A stretch of DNA of 64,000 nucleotides from an uncultured Pelagibacteraceae bacterium (GCA_902594915.1 CACJOA010000003.1:4061-68060), one strand, 5' to 3'; numbered from the stretch's first letter, positions 9,904 to 21,166 are shown. The notes: generated by a model not told the origin, from the letters alone. Made by a program: numbers and translations.

Positions 9904-11190
9904 ATGGAAGATTTCAAAGTAAAAGATATATCTCAAGCAGAATTTGGACGAAAAGAAATTTCAATTGCCGAAAGTGAAATGCCAGGATTAATGGCATTAA
10001 GAGATGAATATAAAGATAAGTCACCTTTAAAAGGAGCTAAAATTATCGGCTGTTTACACATGACCATTCAAACGGCAGTATTAATAGAGACACTATCTTC
10101 CTTAGGAGCAGAAGTTAGATGGTCATCTTGTAATATTTTTTCAACACAAGATCATGCAGCTGCTGCAATAGCAAAAGAAGGAATACCAGTTTTTGCTTGG
10201 AAAGGTGAAACTGAGGAAGAGTACCTATGGTGTATAAAACAAACTATTGTAGGTAAAAAAAATTGGAAGCCTAATATGCTTTTAGATGACGGAGGTGACC
10301 TAACCGCGATAATGCATAACGAACATAAAGATTTACTGAAAGATGTAAGAGGTGTTTCCGAGGAAACTACTACAGGTATAAAAGCTTTAAATAAAATGGA
10401 AAAAGATAAAAACCTTTTAATACCAGCAATCAATGTAAATGATTCTGTAACCAAATCTAAATTTGATAATTTATATGGATGTAGAGAAAGTTTAGTTGAT
10501 GGGATTAGAAGAGCAACAGATGTAATGATGTCAGGAAAAATCGCGATTGTAGCTGGATTTGGAGATGTGGGCAAAGGGAGCGCTGCTTCTTTAAGACAAA
10601 GTGGAGCAAGAGTTTTAGTAACAGAGGCTGATCCTATTTGTGCATTACAAGCTGCGATGGAGGGTTATGAAGTAGTTTTGATGGAGGAGGCAATAAACAA
10701 AGCTGATATAGTTGTAACTGCTACAGGAAATAAAGATATTGTAACCGCAGATCACATGAGAGAAATGAAAGATAGAGCAATACTTTGTAATATTGGTCAT
10801 TTCGACAATGAAATTCAGGTTGAAGCATTAAAAAATTATAAATGGACAGAAGTAAAACCCCAAGTACATGAAATAGAGCTTCCAAGCAAAAAAAGAATTA
10901 TACTTTTGGCAGAGGGAAGATTAGTAAATTTAGGATGTGCAACAGGCCACCCAAGTTTCGTAATGAGTGCTTCATTTACAAATCAAGTAATAGCTCAAAT
11001 TGAGCTTTGGAACAATCACAAAAATTATGAAAACAAAGTGTATGTTTTACCTAAACATTTAGATGAAAAAGTTGCAACACTACACCTTAAAAAAGTAGGA
11101 GCAAAACTTACTAAACTTTCAAAGGACCAAGCAGATTATATAAGTGTAGGAGTAGAGGGTCCTTTCAAACCTGATGCCTATCGCTACTAA
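9904..11190 (+). CDS. ahcY: S-adenosylhomocysteine hydrolase
   Basis: [47 protein letters not shown]. Confidence 0.99.
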   Translation: MEDFKVKDISQAEFGRKEISIAESEMPGLMALRDEYKDKSPLKGAKIIGCLHMTIQTAVLIETLSSLGAEVRWSSCNIFSTQDHAAAAIAKEGIPVFAWKGETEEEYLWCIKQTIVGKKNWKPNMLLDDGGDLTAIMHNEHKDLLKDVRGVSEETTTGIKALNKMEKDKNLLIPAINVNDSVTKSKFDNLYGCRESLVDGIRRATDVMMSGKIAIVAGFGDVGKGSAASLRQSGARVLVTEADPICALQAAMEGYEVVLMEEAINKADIVVTATGNKDIVTADHMREMKDRAILCNIGHFDNEIQVEALKNYKWTEVKPQVHEIELPSKKRIILLAEGRLVNLGCATGHPSFVMSASFTNQVIAQIELWNNHKNYENKVYVLPKHLDEKVATLHLKKVGAKLTKLSKDQADYISVGVEGPFKPDAYRY

Positions 11191-11647
11191 AAGTGATAAA
11201 ATAGATATATCTTCAGAAAAAAAAATAGAAGATTTAGCAAATCTTTTTCTAAAAAAACTAAAAATTGGTGATGTCATTTTTTTACATGGTGAAATGGGTG
11301 TTGGGAAAACAACATTTGTCAAATATCTTATTAATAGTTTACAAAAAATGAATAGTTTAACTCTAACAGAGGTCACCAGCCCAACTTTCAACCTCTTAAA
11401 TGAATATCAAATTAATGATGTTAAGATAAATCATTATGATTTATTCAGGATACAGTCACTTCGAGAAGTTAAAGATTTAGGAATATTTGAAGATTATCCA
11501 AAAGTTATTACATTTATAGAGTGGCCACAATTAATTAAAAATAAACCAAAAAATTTGATAGAATTAGAGTTTAATTATGAAAATAATTATCAAAAAAGAT
11601 CTGTTAAAATAAAAGGCATTAATTTTAATTTATTTAATGAAAAGTAG
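11174..11647 (+). CDS. tsaE: tRNA t6A biosynthesis ATPase TsaE
   Basis: GEMGVGKT Walker A, SPTF, HYDLFR, IEWP. Confidence 0.95.
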   Translation: MPIATKSDKIDISSEKKIEDLANLFLKKLKIGDVIFLHGEMGVGKTTFVKYLINSLQKMNSLTLTEVTSPTFNLLNEYQINDVKINHYDLFRIQSLREVKDLGIFEDYPKVITFIEWPQLIKNKPKNLIELEFNYENNYQKRSVKIKGINFNLFNEK

Positions 11648-12581
11648 AGAACATCTAAAAAAAATTACAGGCGATGCATCTTTTAGAACTTTTTTTAGAA
11701 AAAAAAATAAAACAAATAGCTCTATAATTGTTTATGCTAAAAAAGAAAAATTTCAAAACCTACTAGTTTACGATGCAATAAATAAAATCTTGATTAAAAA
11801 TAAGATATTAGCTCCAATTCTTTATAAGGAGAATTATAAAAAAAATAATATCGAGATTCAAGATTTTGGAAACAATACTATTTATAAAATATTAAAAAAA
11901 AAAAAAGTTAATAAATTTAGATTTTTCAAAAGAATATTAGAAGTACTAAATCAAATACAATCAATAAAAGATAATAAAGTCTTAAATTTCAAAAGAGGAA
12001 AATATTTTATCCCTAAATATGATAGTAAAATTTTAGTGAGGGAGGCACATTTATTCTGCGATTGGTATGTAAAAGAAAAATTACCTAATAATATGCAAAA
12101 AAAATTTAATTATAAATTTAAAAAGATTGTAAGAAAACTATCCTCCAACTTAAAATTAAAAAATAGAGTTTTTGTCCACAGAGATTTTCATGTTTCAAAT
12201 TTAATGTTATTTAATAAACAAATAGCTGTAATTGACAGCCAAGATGCACATTTTGGTAATAAAGCTTATGATTTAGCTTCATTAATAGATGATGTTAGAT
12301 TTAAAACTTCGACACAATTTAAGAATAGAATTTATAAAATGTACATAAATAACCAGAGCCTTTTAGAAAAAAAAAATTTTAAGAATGATTTTGAAATATT
12401 ATCGGTTTTAAGAAACTTAAAGATTATCGGAATATTTACTCGCTTAGCAGTTCGAGACAAAAAAAGAAATTATTTAAAATTAATTCCCTACGCCTGGAAA
12501 TTAATTGAAAATAGAATTTACAGAAATAAACAGTTCGAAGAATTAAATATCCTTTTAAAAAAAAATTTTAAGATGAATTAA
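11637..12581 (+). CDS. amgK: MurNAc/GlcNAc kinase AmgK-like phosphotransferase
   Basis: GDASFR, HRDFHVSNL, IDSQDA, YDLASL, LKIIGIFTRL; between tsaE and murU. Confidence 0.8.
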   Translation: MKSREHLKKITGDASFRTFFRKKNKTNSSIIVYAKKEKFQNLLVYDAINKILIKNKILAPILYKENYKKNNIEIQDFGNNTIYKILKKKKVNKFRFFKRILEVLNQIQSIKDNKVLNFKRGKYFIPKYDSKILVREAHLFCDWYVKEKLPNNMQKKFNYKFKKIVRKLSSNLKLKNRVFVHRDFHVSNLMLFNKQIAVIDSQDAHFGNKAYDLASLIDDVRFKTSTQFKNRIYKMYINNQSLLEKKNFKNDFEILSVLRNLKIIGIFTRLAVRDKKRNYLKLIPYAWKLIENRIYRNKQFEELNILLKKNFKMN

Positions 12582-13271
12582 ATGAAAATAAAAACAGCTT
12601 TAATTTTATGTGCAGGATTTGGAAAAAGATTAAATCCTGTTACTTTAAAAATTCCAAAGCCATTAATTGAAATAAAAAAAGTTTCTATGTTAGAGCATTG
12701 TATTAATTTGATAATTAATTTGGGTGTAGAAAAAATTTGTCTTAATACATTTTATTTAGGTAATCAAATTTCTGAATTTATTAAAAAAAAAAATTTTCCT
12801 TTGGAAATAAAAATAATCAATGATGGGAAAGAAATTCTAGATACTGGTGGAGGAGTACTAAATATGATTAATACCTATCATGAGAATGATTATTTAATTT
12901 TTAATCCAGATACTATTTGGAATAATGATTACACTAGCGAAATTAAAGATATGGAACAATTATATTTTAAAAAAAATTTAAACAACATTTTATTAGTGTC
13001 CCAAAAAAAATTTAGCTTTGATAAAAGATTTAAAGGTGATTTTGAATTGATGAATAATCTTTTAAATAGAAAAAATAAAAAAGATTATATTTATATCGGT
13101 TGTCAAATTTTAAAAAAGGAATTGTTTAAAGATTTCGTAATTAAAAGATTCTCGATTTCAAAAATTTGGGAGAAATTATTGAATAAAAATCAATTAAATG
13201 GTTTTGAAAGTACAAATAAATTCAATCATTTAACAGACTTAGAAATTTTTAAAAAACTAAAAGATCATTAG
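12582..13271 (+). CDS. murU: MurU-like nucleotidyltransferase
   Basis: LCAGFGKRLNP.T...PKPL, LDTGGG; synteny with amgK. Confidence 0.78.
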   Translation: MKIKTALILCAGFGKRLNPVTLKIPKPLIEIKKVSMLEHCINLIINLGVEKICLNTFYLGNQISEFIKKKNFPLEIKIINDGKEILDTGGGVLNMINTYHENDYLIFNPDTIWNNDYTSEIKDMEQLYFKKNLNNILLVSQKKFSFDKRFKGDFELMNNLLNRKNKKDYIYIGCQILKKELFKDFVIKRFSISKIWEKLLNKNQLNGFESTNKFNHLTDLEIFKKLKDH

Positions 13272-13962
13272 AACGGTCTTTATCTAAATATTCACATTCT
13301 ATAATGTTATATTTTTTGTCAAACTTGATTAATAGAGGATTTCCTGTTGGAATTTCTAAACTAGATATTTGTTTATCATCCAATTTAAAAAGGAACTTAC
13401 AAATAGCTCTAATTGAATTTCCATGTGCAGAAATAAGTATATTGTTATTCATCATTAGATTTTCAATTTTTTTTTTATAAAAATTTATGACTCTTTCATA
13501 GGTGTCTTTTAAAGATTCTGTATCAGGAATCATTTCTTTTGGTACATCTTCATAAATTTTGTTATTAAGGGGATGGAGAGGACTTTTTTTATCTAAAGGT
13601 TCAGGTTTTAAATCCCAAGACCTTCTAAGCTCATGAACTTTATCTTTACCTATTTTTTTTCCCATTTCAATTTTATTCTGTCCTGTAAGAGCTCCATAAT
13701 GTCTTTCGTTTAATTGCCAAATTTTTTCGAATTTTTTTTGGTCATCTAAAATTTTTTGAATAATTTTTAATGTATTACAAGCTCTTGTTTGTAATGATGA
13801 AAAGTAGAGATCAATATTTATTGATCTTTCTTTGATTAAAAAGCCAGCTTTTTCTGCCTCACGCATCCCTTTTTCTGTAAGGTCTACATCAACCCATCCT
13901 GTGAACCTTTTTTCAAGGTTCCATAAACTTTGTCCATGCCTTATTAATATTAGAGTACTCAT
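13249..13962 (-). CDS. gpmA: 2,3-BPG-dependent phosphoglycerate mutase
   Basis: RHGQS.WN...RFTGW.D, LNERHYGAL.G, AHGNS. Confidence 0.96.
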   Translation of the reverse strand: MSTLILIRHGQSLWNLEKRFTGWVDVDLTEKGMREAEKAGFLIKERSINIDLYFSSLQTRACNTLKIIQKILDDQKKFEKIWQLNERHYGALTGQNKIEMGKKIGKDKVHELRRSWDLKPEPLDKKSPLHPLNNKIYEDVPKEMIPDTESLKDTYERVINFYKKKIENLMMNNNILISAHGNSIRAICKFLFKLDDKQISSLEIPTGNPLLIKFDKKYNIIECEYLDKDRSNDLLVF

Positions 13963-14007
13963 ATCTTTGTTTTTAAAATATATTTATGAATAAAACTAGA
14001 AATTTAA

Positions 14008-14400
14008 ATGGTCAATTTTTTTGCGAAATATAAATTAATTTTTTATATAACTAATTTTAGCTTAATATTTTTATACCTTTTTCCAGCTAGTTTTTTTGGC
14101 TGTATTTTTTATGATGATTGTTATTTACAACCAAAATTGACCGTAGATTTTCTTAACGTTTCTTCTAATCATTTTTACTCATTTTTTGTGATTTCAGTGA
14201 TTGGACATTTATCATTCTTAAAATCAAAAAAAATAAATTTTTTAGTTTTATACCTTATTTTTTTAGCAATTTTCCTAGAAACACTTCATTTGATAGTACC
14301 AAATAGAAGTTTTCAATGGTCGGATCTAATTGGCAATTTAATTGGAGTGGTTATTGTAATTTTGATTTACAGTTTTATAAATAAATATGAACAATTTTAG
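14008..14400 (+). CDS. VanZ-like membrane protein
   Basis: Hydrophobic, E..H..VPNRSF.WSDLIGNL.G motif. Confidence 0.7.
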   Translation: MVNFFAKYKLIFYITNFSLIFLYLFPASFFGCIFYDDCYLQPKLTVDFLNVSSNHFYSFFVISVIGHLSFLKSKKINFLVLYLIFLAIFLETLHLIVPNRSFQWSDLIGNLIGVVIVILIYSFINKYEQF

Positions 14401-14986
14401 TAATAAATTTTTTATTATGATTTTTTTTTTTGTAATAAGCTGTTCATCAATTCCCTCTAATACTTCTAATAGCTGTTCGATTTTTAGCGAGAAATATTTA
14501 TGGTATAAACATTCAAAGAAAGTAGAACAATTATGGGGAACTCCTATTCATATTCAGTTAGCAATAATTAAAATGGAGTCAGATTTTGATTGGCTAGCAA
14601 AACCAGCAAGAAAAAAAATTTTTAAAATTATTCCTTTTAAAAGACCATCCAGCTCATTTGGATATTCTCAAGCAGTTAAAGGAACATGGGAGCAATATAA
14701 AAAAGAAACAGAAAATAAGTTAGCATCTAGAGCCAGGTTCAAAGATAGCGTGGATTTTATTGGATGGTACACAAATAAATCAAAAAAAATTTTAAGAATT
14801 CCATTAAATGATGCGTTTAAACAATATGTTGCTTATCATGAAGGTTGGGGAAATTATAAAGATTATAAAAAAAATCAAAAAGTAATTTACCTAGCCAAAA
14901 AAGTGAAAAAACAGGCCGATACTTATAAAGTCCAATTGGCAGAATGTAAAAGATCACTTAACAAAAAAAAATTTATCATTTTTTAG
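14387..14986 (+). CDS. Lipoprotein with SLT/lytic transglycosylase-like domain
   Basis: Lipobox VISC, IIKMES, SSSFGYSQA..GTW..Y, AYHEGWG. Confidence 0.8.
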   Translation: MNNFSNKFFIMIFFFVISCSSIPSNTSNSCSIFSEKYLWYKHSKKVEQLWGTPIHIQLAIIKMESDFDWLAKPARKKIFKIIPFKRPSSSFGYSQAVKGTWEQYKKETENKLASRARFKDSVDFIGWYTNKSKKILRIPLNDAFKQYVAYHEGWGNYKDYKKNQKVIYLAKKVKKQADTYKVQLAECKRSLNKKKFIIF

Positions 14987-17900
14987 AGAGTTCTTTTTTC
15001 AGTTCCAGATCAACCGCATCAATTCTTTTTGTATTTTTTGCTAATGCTAGATACATTGAGGGTGTTATATATAAAGTAAAAAAAGTTGATATTATCATTC
15101 CTCCTAATATAGTACTTCCAACTGCTAGTCTCGAACCCTCACCCGCTCCAGGACCAATGTTTCCTATGACTAATGGCATCATTGCTATCATTGTGCTAAG
15201 AGATGTCATTATGATCGGCCTGAATCTTACTGCGCAGGCCTCTTTTACTGCAGTATCAATATTTTTTCCAATCGATCTAATTTGATTAGCATAATCAACA
15301 ATTAAAATACTATTTTTTGTTGATATACCAATTAGAATGACTAAAGCTATTTGAGAAAAAATATTTACAGAACTATTTAGAAATAAAATAAATATAAGTC
15401 CTCCAAATATAGCAAGTGGCACAGTAAGAATTATTATCAAAGGATGTATAAAGGAATTAAATGTCGCCGCCATGACGAGATATGCTGTGAGCAAAGCAAG
15501 AGCAAAAATTACAAACAATTCGTTACTTGTTTCTTTTATTTCTTCAGATTTACCTTTCCATGCTATTTGGTTTTCTGGGGCTGTTTGAGACATAATTTCC
15601 TCGAAGAATTTAATAGCCTCAACTAAGGTATAATTTTCATTTATATTAGCTGATATTGTTACTGCTCTCTGTCTATTATATCTGGATAATTCTTTTGCTG
15701 ATCCTTTTTCCTCAAAACTCACTAAGTTAGATAATGAAATAAGTTTACCACTTGTTTCAGATCTAACAAAAATTTTTGATATGCCCTCTTTATTTCTTCG
15801 ATCATATAAATACTGTTGTACAATTATAGGATATTCTTTACCAAGCTTATTAAAAGATGTTATTTTTTTTCCCCCATATAGAGTTTCTAGTGTTTGCCCG
15901 ATATTTTTTATAGAGACACCAAGATCTTTTGCTTTATTTTTGTTAATTATAATCTTAACTTCTGGTTTATTGCGACTGTAATCAGAGTCAATTCTTGACA
16001 AGTTTTTATTTGATCTAAGTTTTGTAATTATTTTTTTTTGAATATTCTCTAATTCTTCATATGTATTTCCATAAATTACCATTTGAACAGGTTTATTATA
16101 ATTTGATACTCTAATAGATTGCGGGGATATTGGAAAAGCTATTGCTTGGGGTAAAGTTACAATTTTTTCTATAGCTTCTCTCAAGACAATTTGTTGACCT
16201 TTTTTTCTGCTCTTCCAATCGTCTAGAAGAGCAATAATTATAAAACTATTATAAGAATTTGCTGAGTTTCCAAATCCTGGAACTCTCATTATAAATCTAG
16301 AATAAGGGCTGTCTTTTGCTTGTAATAATGGAATTAAACGAGCTTCAACTTTTTGAGCTTGCTCTTGCGTGTATTCAAATGAACTTCCTTCATCAGTCGC
16401 ACCAATAATTAAATAAGCACCCCTATCTTCCAAAGGCAATAACTCCTTTTTAGAAAAAGTAAATAATAATATTGATGAAACAATTATAAATATTATGAAA
16501 ATACTCACAGTTTTTGTTTTATTAATAATTACATTTAAAGTTTCCCTATAAAAATCAGAAAAATTTAAAAATATTTTTTCAAACTTCTTTAGAAAAGTTC
16601 TTTTTGATACTCTATTGTTTAAAAATTTACTAGCAAGCATTGGGGATAATGTAAGAGCAACAAATGATGACACAACAATTGAAAAAGACAGTGCTATTGC
16701 CGTCTCTCTAAAAAGAGTACCAGAAATTCCTTTTATAAATATTAAAGGTAAAAATACTGCGACAAGTATGAGTGTGGTAGCAATGATTGCAAAAGAAATT
16801 TGTTTAGAACCTCTGTAAGCTGCAATTAAAGGATTTTCCCCGTTTTCTATTCTTCTATATATTGCATCCGTCATTATAACAGAGTCATCTGTAATTATTC
16901 CTATTGCTAAAATAAAACTTAGAAGCACAAAAATATTTATTGATAGTCCAAAAATGTAAAGCCCTAGAAATGATGCTATTAAGCTCACAGGAAGAGCAAT
17001 AGCTGGTACTATTACAGCTTTAAGATTGCCTAAAAATAAATATATAATTATTACAACTAAAACAAATGCTATAATCAAAGTTTTATAAACTTCTTCGATT
17101 GCTTCACTTACATAATTTGCTCTGTCAAAGGATACTCTTAAATCTAATTCCTCAGGTAAAGTTTTTTTTACATCAATTAATTTTTTTTTGATATTTTTTG
17201 AAAGCTCAACAGTTGACGCGCCACTTCTTGCATAAATACCAATACCAACTGTTTTTAAATTAACTTGATCTCTCGTTTGAGCTTTAAACAAAGTTTTTTC
17301 TGATACAGGTCCAAACTCTACATTTGCTACTTCAGATAATAATACTACCTTATTGTTTGTTTTTTTAATTGGTAGTTGTTTAATAGTATTTATATCATTA
17401 TATGATTTGTCCACATTTATTGTTAAGTCTATGTTATCTGCTTCTAGAGTGCCTGCTGGTAAACTAATGTTTTCACCTCTTAAGGCAGTTTCAACTTCTT
17501 GTATAGTTAAGTCATTAGCTGCAAGTTTGATGGGATTAATCCAAATTCTTATACTTAATTCTCTTAAACCTCCAACTCTAATTCTTCCCACATTTTTTAC
17601 ACTTGAAAACTGGTCTATTAAATATCTTTCTGCATAATCACCAATCTCTAAATCATCCCAAGAAGATGAGGATAAAGATAACCACATTGTAGTCGTGAAT
17701 CCTGCTGCTCTTTTAAGTATTTGGGGTGGGTCTGACTCCGATGGTAAATTATCTACAACTCTAGCCACTCTCTCTCTTATATCATTTGCGGCGTTATCTA
17801 AATTAATTTTAGTTTCAAACTCAATATTAATTGTGCTTCTTCCATTTTCCGATTTTGACTCTATATTTTTAATACCTTCAGCCCCACCAATTACATCTTC

Positions 17901-18104
17901 CACTACTTGTGTTACCTCCTGATCAACAATTGATGCAGCTGCAGATTTATAATCTACTTGAATTTGAACAACAGGTGGCTGTATACCATTTGGTAGCTCT
18001 CTCACTGGTAATTTCCAAAAGACAAATAATCCAAAAATTATTAGAATTAACGACATTACCCATGAAACTGTTGGTCTTCTTATGCTTAAATCTGTAATAA
18101 ACAT
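14976..18104 (-). CDS. RND efflux permease (AcrB/MexF family)
   Basis: 1042 aa, IRRP N-terminus, AIGIITDDS, KNSILIV, RFRPIIMT. Confidence 0.95.
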   Translation of the reverse strand: MFITDLSIRRPTVSWVMSLILIIFGLFVFWKLPVRELPNGIQPPVVQIQVDYKSAAASIVDQEVTQVVEDVIGGAEGIKNIESKSENGRSTINIEFETKINLDNAANDIRERVARVVDNLPSESDPPQILKRAAGFTTTMWLSLSSSSWDDLEIGDYAERYLIDQFSSVKNVGRIRVGGLRELSIRIWINPIKLAANDLTIQEVETALRGENISLPAGTLEADNIDLTINVDKSYNDINTIKQLPIKKTNNKVVLLSEVANVEFGPVSEKTLFKAQTRDQVNLKTVGIGIYARSGASTVELSKNIKKKLIDVKKTLPEELDLRVSFDRANYVSEAIEEVYKTLIIAFVLVVIIIYLFLGNLKAVIVPAIALPVSLIASFLGLYIFGLSINIFVLLSFILAIGIITDDSVIMTDAIYRRIENGENPLIAAYRGSKQISFAIIATTLILVAVFLPLIFIKGISGTLFRETAIALSFSIVVSSFVALTLSPMLASKFLNNRVSKRTFLKKFEKIFLNFSDFYRETLNVIINKTKTVSIFIIFIIVSSILLFTFSKKELLPLEDRGAYLIIGATDEGSSFEYTQEQAQKVEARLIPLLQAKDSPYSRFIMRVPGFGNSANSYNSFIIIALLDDWKSRKKGQQIVLREAIEKIVTLPQAIAFPISPQSIRVSNYNKPVQMVIYGNTYEELENIQKKIITKLRSNKNLSRIDSDYSRNKPEVKIIINKNKAKDLGVSIKNIGQTLETLYGGKKITSFNKLGKEYPIIVQQYLYDRRNKEGISKIFVRSETSGKLISLSNLVSFEEKGSAKELSRYNRQRAVTISANINENYTLVEAIKFFEEIMSQTAPENQIAWKGKSEEIKETSNELFVIFALALLTAYLVMAATFNSFIHPLIIILTVPLAIFGGLIFILFLNSSVNIFSQIALVILIGISTKNSILIVDYANQIRSIGKNIDTAVKEACAVRFRPIIMTSLSTMIAMMPLVIGNIGPGAGEGSRLAVGSTILGGMIISTFFTLYITPSMYLALAKNTKRIDAVDLELKKELSKK

Positions 18105-18974
18105 TTAATTATTAATTGGCTTAATTTTAGCTCGAGGTCTGACTTTCTTTAGGCCTTCCGCTACAATTAAGTCACCTTCAGAAAGTCCAGAAATTATCTC
18201 AATTTTCTTATTTCCCCTTAGTTTAGTCTCTACTTCGATTTTATTAGCAATATTTTCGCTATCTATTCTATAGACATATGAATTGTCACCCTCAATCATT
18301 ACGCTAGTATCGGGCACACTTAAAGAATTTCTAAGATTAAATTTCACGCTTACTTCAAGTAAGGAACCTGATATTAAATCAAAATTTGTATTTTTGACTT
18401 TAATTCTTGCCAATAAACTTCTTGTGTCAGCATTAATTCTACTTGATACAAAATCTACCTCTCCATTGAATATTTTATTTTTAAAGCTCGATAGTTTTAC
18501 TTCAACTGGTAAACCTTTTTTTATAAATGAAGAATAGTTTTCTGGTATTTTAATATCAGAGAAGATAGTTGAATTATCATCTAAGGTAATAATTATAATA
18601 TTATCTGAAATCAAAATATCTTCCGTTAAGCCAGTATAGCCTAGAACACCACTATATGGTGCTATAATGTCCCCACTTTTAAGTTTTATCAATACCTCTC
18701 CTTTTTTAACATAATTTTTTAATCTTAAATCCTCTAACAAATCATCTTTTTTAATTTTAAAAGTTTTTGATCTTTTTGATATTGCTGTGCCAAAAGTATC
18801 TATTTTATCAAAAAATTCCTTATAGATTACTTTAGTCACAATAATTCCTGGTGGTGGTATTTTACTAAATTTTTTCTTAAAATGATTTCCTATTAAAGTT
18901 CTTCCAGTAACTACAGTTGTTATTATAAAAAAAAATATAAATATTATAGAAACAATTTTTGTAGATCTTTTCAT
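18105..18974 (-). CDS. RND periplasmic adaptor (membrane fusion protein)
   Basis: I.APYSG, DTRS, GLSEGD.IV.EG; directly upstream of RND permease. Confidence 0.9.
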   Translation of the reverse strand: MKRSTKIVSIIFIFFFIITTVVTGRTLIGNHFKKKFSKIPPPGIIVTKVIYKEFFDKIDTFGTAISKRSKTFKIKKDDLLEDLRLKNYVKKGEVLIKLKSGDIIAPYSGVLGYTGLTEDILISDNIIIITLDDNSTIFSDIKIPENYSSFIKKGLPVEVKLSSFKNKIFNGEVDFVSSRINADTRSLLARIKVKNTNFDLISGSLLEVSVKFNLRNSLSVPDTSVMIEGDNSYVYRIDSENIANKIEVETKLRGNKKIEIISGLSEGDLIVAEGLKKVRPRAKIKPINN

Positions 18975-18980
18975 ATTTTT

Positions 18981-19796
18981 TTAAATTATCCCGTACTCTG
19001 ACCAAGAACCATCATAAATACAAGGTTGATATTTATCATTTATTAGAGAATAAGCTAGTGCCAAAACACACGCAGTAATTCCAGAACCACAAGAAAAAAC
19101 AATATTATTTTCATCTAAATTTTTTAAATGAGTTTTAAAAATTTTTATAAGCTCAGTTTTATTTTTAAACGTTTTATCTTTATTCAAACATGAATTAAAA
19201 GGTATACAAAAAGAATTTTCAATATTTCCACTTCTTAAACCTTCTCTTGGTTCAGAAACCTTTCCCTCAAACCTCTCCTTACTTCTACCATCAATTAATT
19301 TAAAATTATTATTTTTTATATTTTCATCAATTTCATTTTTAACTTTTACCATTGTTTTATTTTCACTTGCTATATAATTTGAGCTTTCGATAATGGTCTT
19401 TTTATCTGTTACCTTTTTATTTTCGATTAACCATTTTTTTAGACCTCCGTTTAATACAAAAGTTAATTTTGGATTATGTCCAAAATAAATAAAATTAAAC
19501 CAACATCGACAGGAACTTATTACATCTGAATTATCGTAAATCACCAATTTATCATTTTTATTAATTCCCATTTTAGAAACAATTTCTCCCCAATTTTTTG
19601 TATCGACAAGCATATGGGGTAATGATGTATTTTTTTTTGAATTTTGATCTATGTCAAAAAAAATTGCATTAGGAATATGTTTTACCTCATATTCTGCAAG
19701 ACCATTTCTTCGTGTTTGTGGCATATGCCATGAACTATCAACAATTTTTACATTTCCTAAATTTTTTTCTAACCAGTCTGTTTCTACTAATGACAT
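18981..19796 (-). CDS. sseA: 3-mercaptopyruvate sulfurtransferase / rhodanese
   Basis: HIPNA.FFD, LNGG, CGSGITA, YDGSWSE. Confidence 0.93.
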   Translation of the reverse strand: MSLVETDWLEKNLGNVKIVDSSWHMPQTRRNGLAEYEVKHIPNAIFFDIDQNSKKNTSLPHMLVDTKNWGEIVSKMGINKNDKLVIYDNSDVISSCRCWFNFIYFGHNPKLTFVLNGGLKKWLIENKKVTDKKTIIESSNYIASENKTMVKVKNEIDENIKNNNFKLIDGRSKERFEGKVSEPREGLRSGNIENSFCIPFNSCLNKDKTFKNKTELIKIFKTHLKNLDENNIVFSCGSGITACVLALAYSLINDKYQPCIYDGSWSEYGII

Positions 19797-19802
19797 TATC
19801 TT

Positions 19803-20246
19803 TTATTTTTTTTCTAAATACTTTTGGTGATACTCCTCAGCTGGACAGTAGTTCTTTAATAAAGAAATTTTTGTTACAACTTTTCCTGACAATCTTTCAT
19901 TAGTTTCTTTTAAAACCTTATCTGCAATTTTTTTTTGATTATCATTCAGATAAAAAATTTCACTTCTATATTGTGTTCCAAAATCTGGACCTTGGGAATT
20001 AAGTGTGGTCGGATCATGTATTTGAAAAAAAATTTTTAAAATTTTTTCATAAGTGATAATTTTTTCATCATAATCGAGTTTTACTACCTCTGCATGATTG
20101 GTGTCTCCTGTACAAACTTCCTTGTAAGTTGTAGTAGAGGTATTGCCCCCACAATATCCTACTTCTGTTTTAATTATGCCCTCAATTTTACTAAACCTCA
20201 TTTCTGGCCCCCAAAAACACCCTAATGCTAAAACTGCTATTTCCAT
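19803..20246 (-). CDS. msrA: Peptide methionine sulfoxide reductase A
   Basis: GCFWG, HDPT, GTQYRS, AEEYHQKY. Confidence 0.96.
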   Translation of the reverse strand: MEIAVLALGCFWGPEMRFSKIEGIIKTEVGYCGGNTSTTTYKEVCTGDTNHAEVVKLDYDEKIITYEKILKIFFQIHDPTTLNSQGPDFGTQYRSEIFYLNDNQKKIADKVLKETNERLSGKVVTKISLLKNYCPAEEYHQKYLEKK

Positions 20247-20281
20247 TGATTATGGTTTAATTTAAACTACAAATTATTCAT

Positions 20282-21166
20282 ATGCTCAGTAAAAATCAAT
20301 TGGGATTTTTGTACATGTTTATGTCTATTTGTGCCTTTTCACTTATGGATGTTATAGTAAAGTGGTCAGTAAACTATCCGATTGGTCAAGTATTATTTTT
20401 TAGAGGATTTTTTGGAATTATTTTCTATTTTTTTGTAATTCCCAAAGAAAGACTTCATAATTTTTATAAAACAGATAGACCTGGACTTCATTTTTTAAGA
20501 TGTTTATCAGGTTTGATTGCCTTGGTAGCAATATTTATTGCTTTAAGAGAACTGCCTTTGGCTACGGTCGTAAGTATTTCATTTGCAGCACCAATTTTTA
20601 CAACCATTTTTTCAATTTTTTTATTAAGTGAAAGAGTAGGAATTTTTAGATGGCTGGCAGTTATTATAGGTTTTATCGGAATTTTAATTATAACTGAACC
20701 AGGTATTACCGATTTAAATATTTATTATTTTTTTCCAATTATATTTTGTTTGGGTTTATCTTATGTTGCTATAGCAATTAGACAGTTATCTACAACAGAG
20801 CCGGTTTGGTTAATCTCATTTTATTTTTCATTATCTATTACATTATTAAGTTTTTTAACAATCCCTCAAGGATGGGTTTTTCCAAGTTTGAGAGATTTTT
20901 TACTTTTATCTATGGTTGGTATTTTTGGTGGCGTAGCAAATTTGTGGCTTAGTCAGTCATATAAATACTCAGAAGTTTCTCTTGTAACTCCTTTAAAATA
21001 TTTAGCTTTAGTTTTTGCAATAATTTTTGGATATTTAATATGGGAAGAGGTACCAACTATAAAGACATTGATTGGTGCTTCTCTGGTAATTATCTCTACT
21101 TTAATAATCTTTAGGAGAGAAATTTATAATAAGAAAATAATTTCATCAGAAACAATTAATGACTAA
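20282..21166 (+). CDS. DMT/EamA family transporter
   Basis: About 10 TM segments, two EamA repeats (LSERVG..RW, IWEEVP). Confidence 0.9.
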   Translation: MLSKNQLGFLYMFMSICAFSLMDVIVKWSVNYPIGQVLFFRGFFGIIFYFFVIPKERLHNFYKTDRPGLHFLRCLSGLIALVAIFIALRELPLATVVSISFAAPIFTTIFSIFLLSERVGIFRWLAVIIGFIGILIITEPGITDLNIYYFFPIIFCLGLSYVAIAIRQLSTTEPVWLISFYFSLSITLLSFLTIPQGWVFPSLRDFLLLSMVGIFGGVANLWLSQSYKYSEVSLVTPLKYLALVFAIIFGYLIWEEVPTIKTLIGASLVIISTLIIFRREIYNKKIISSETIND

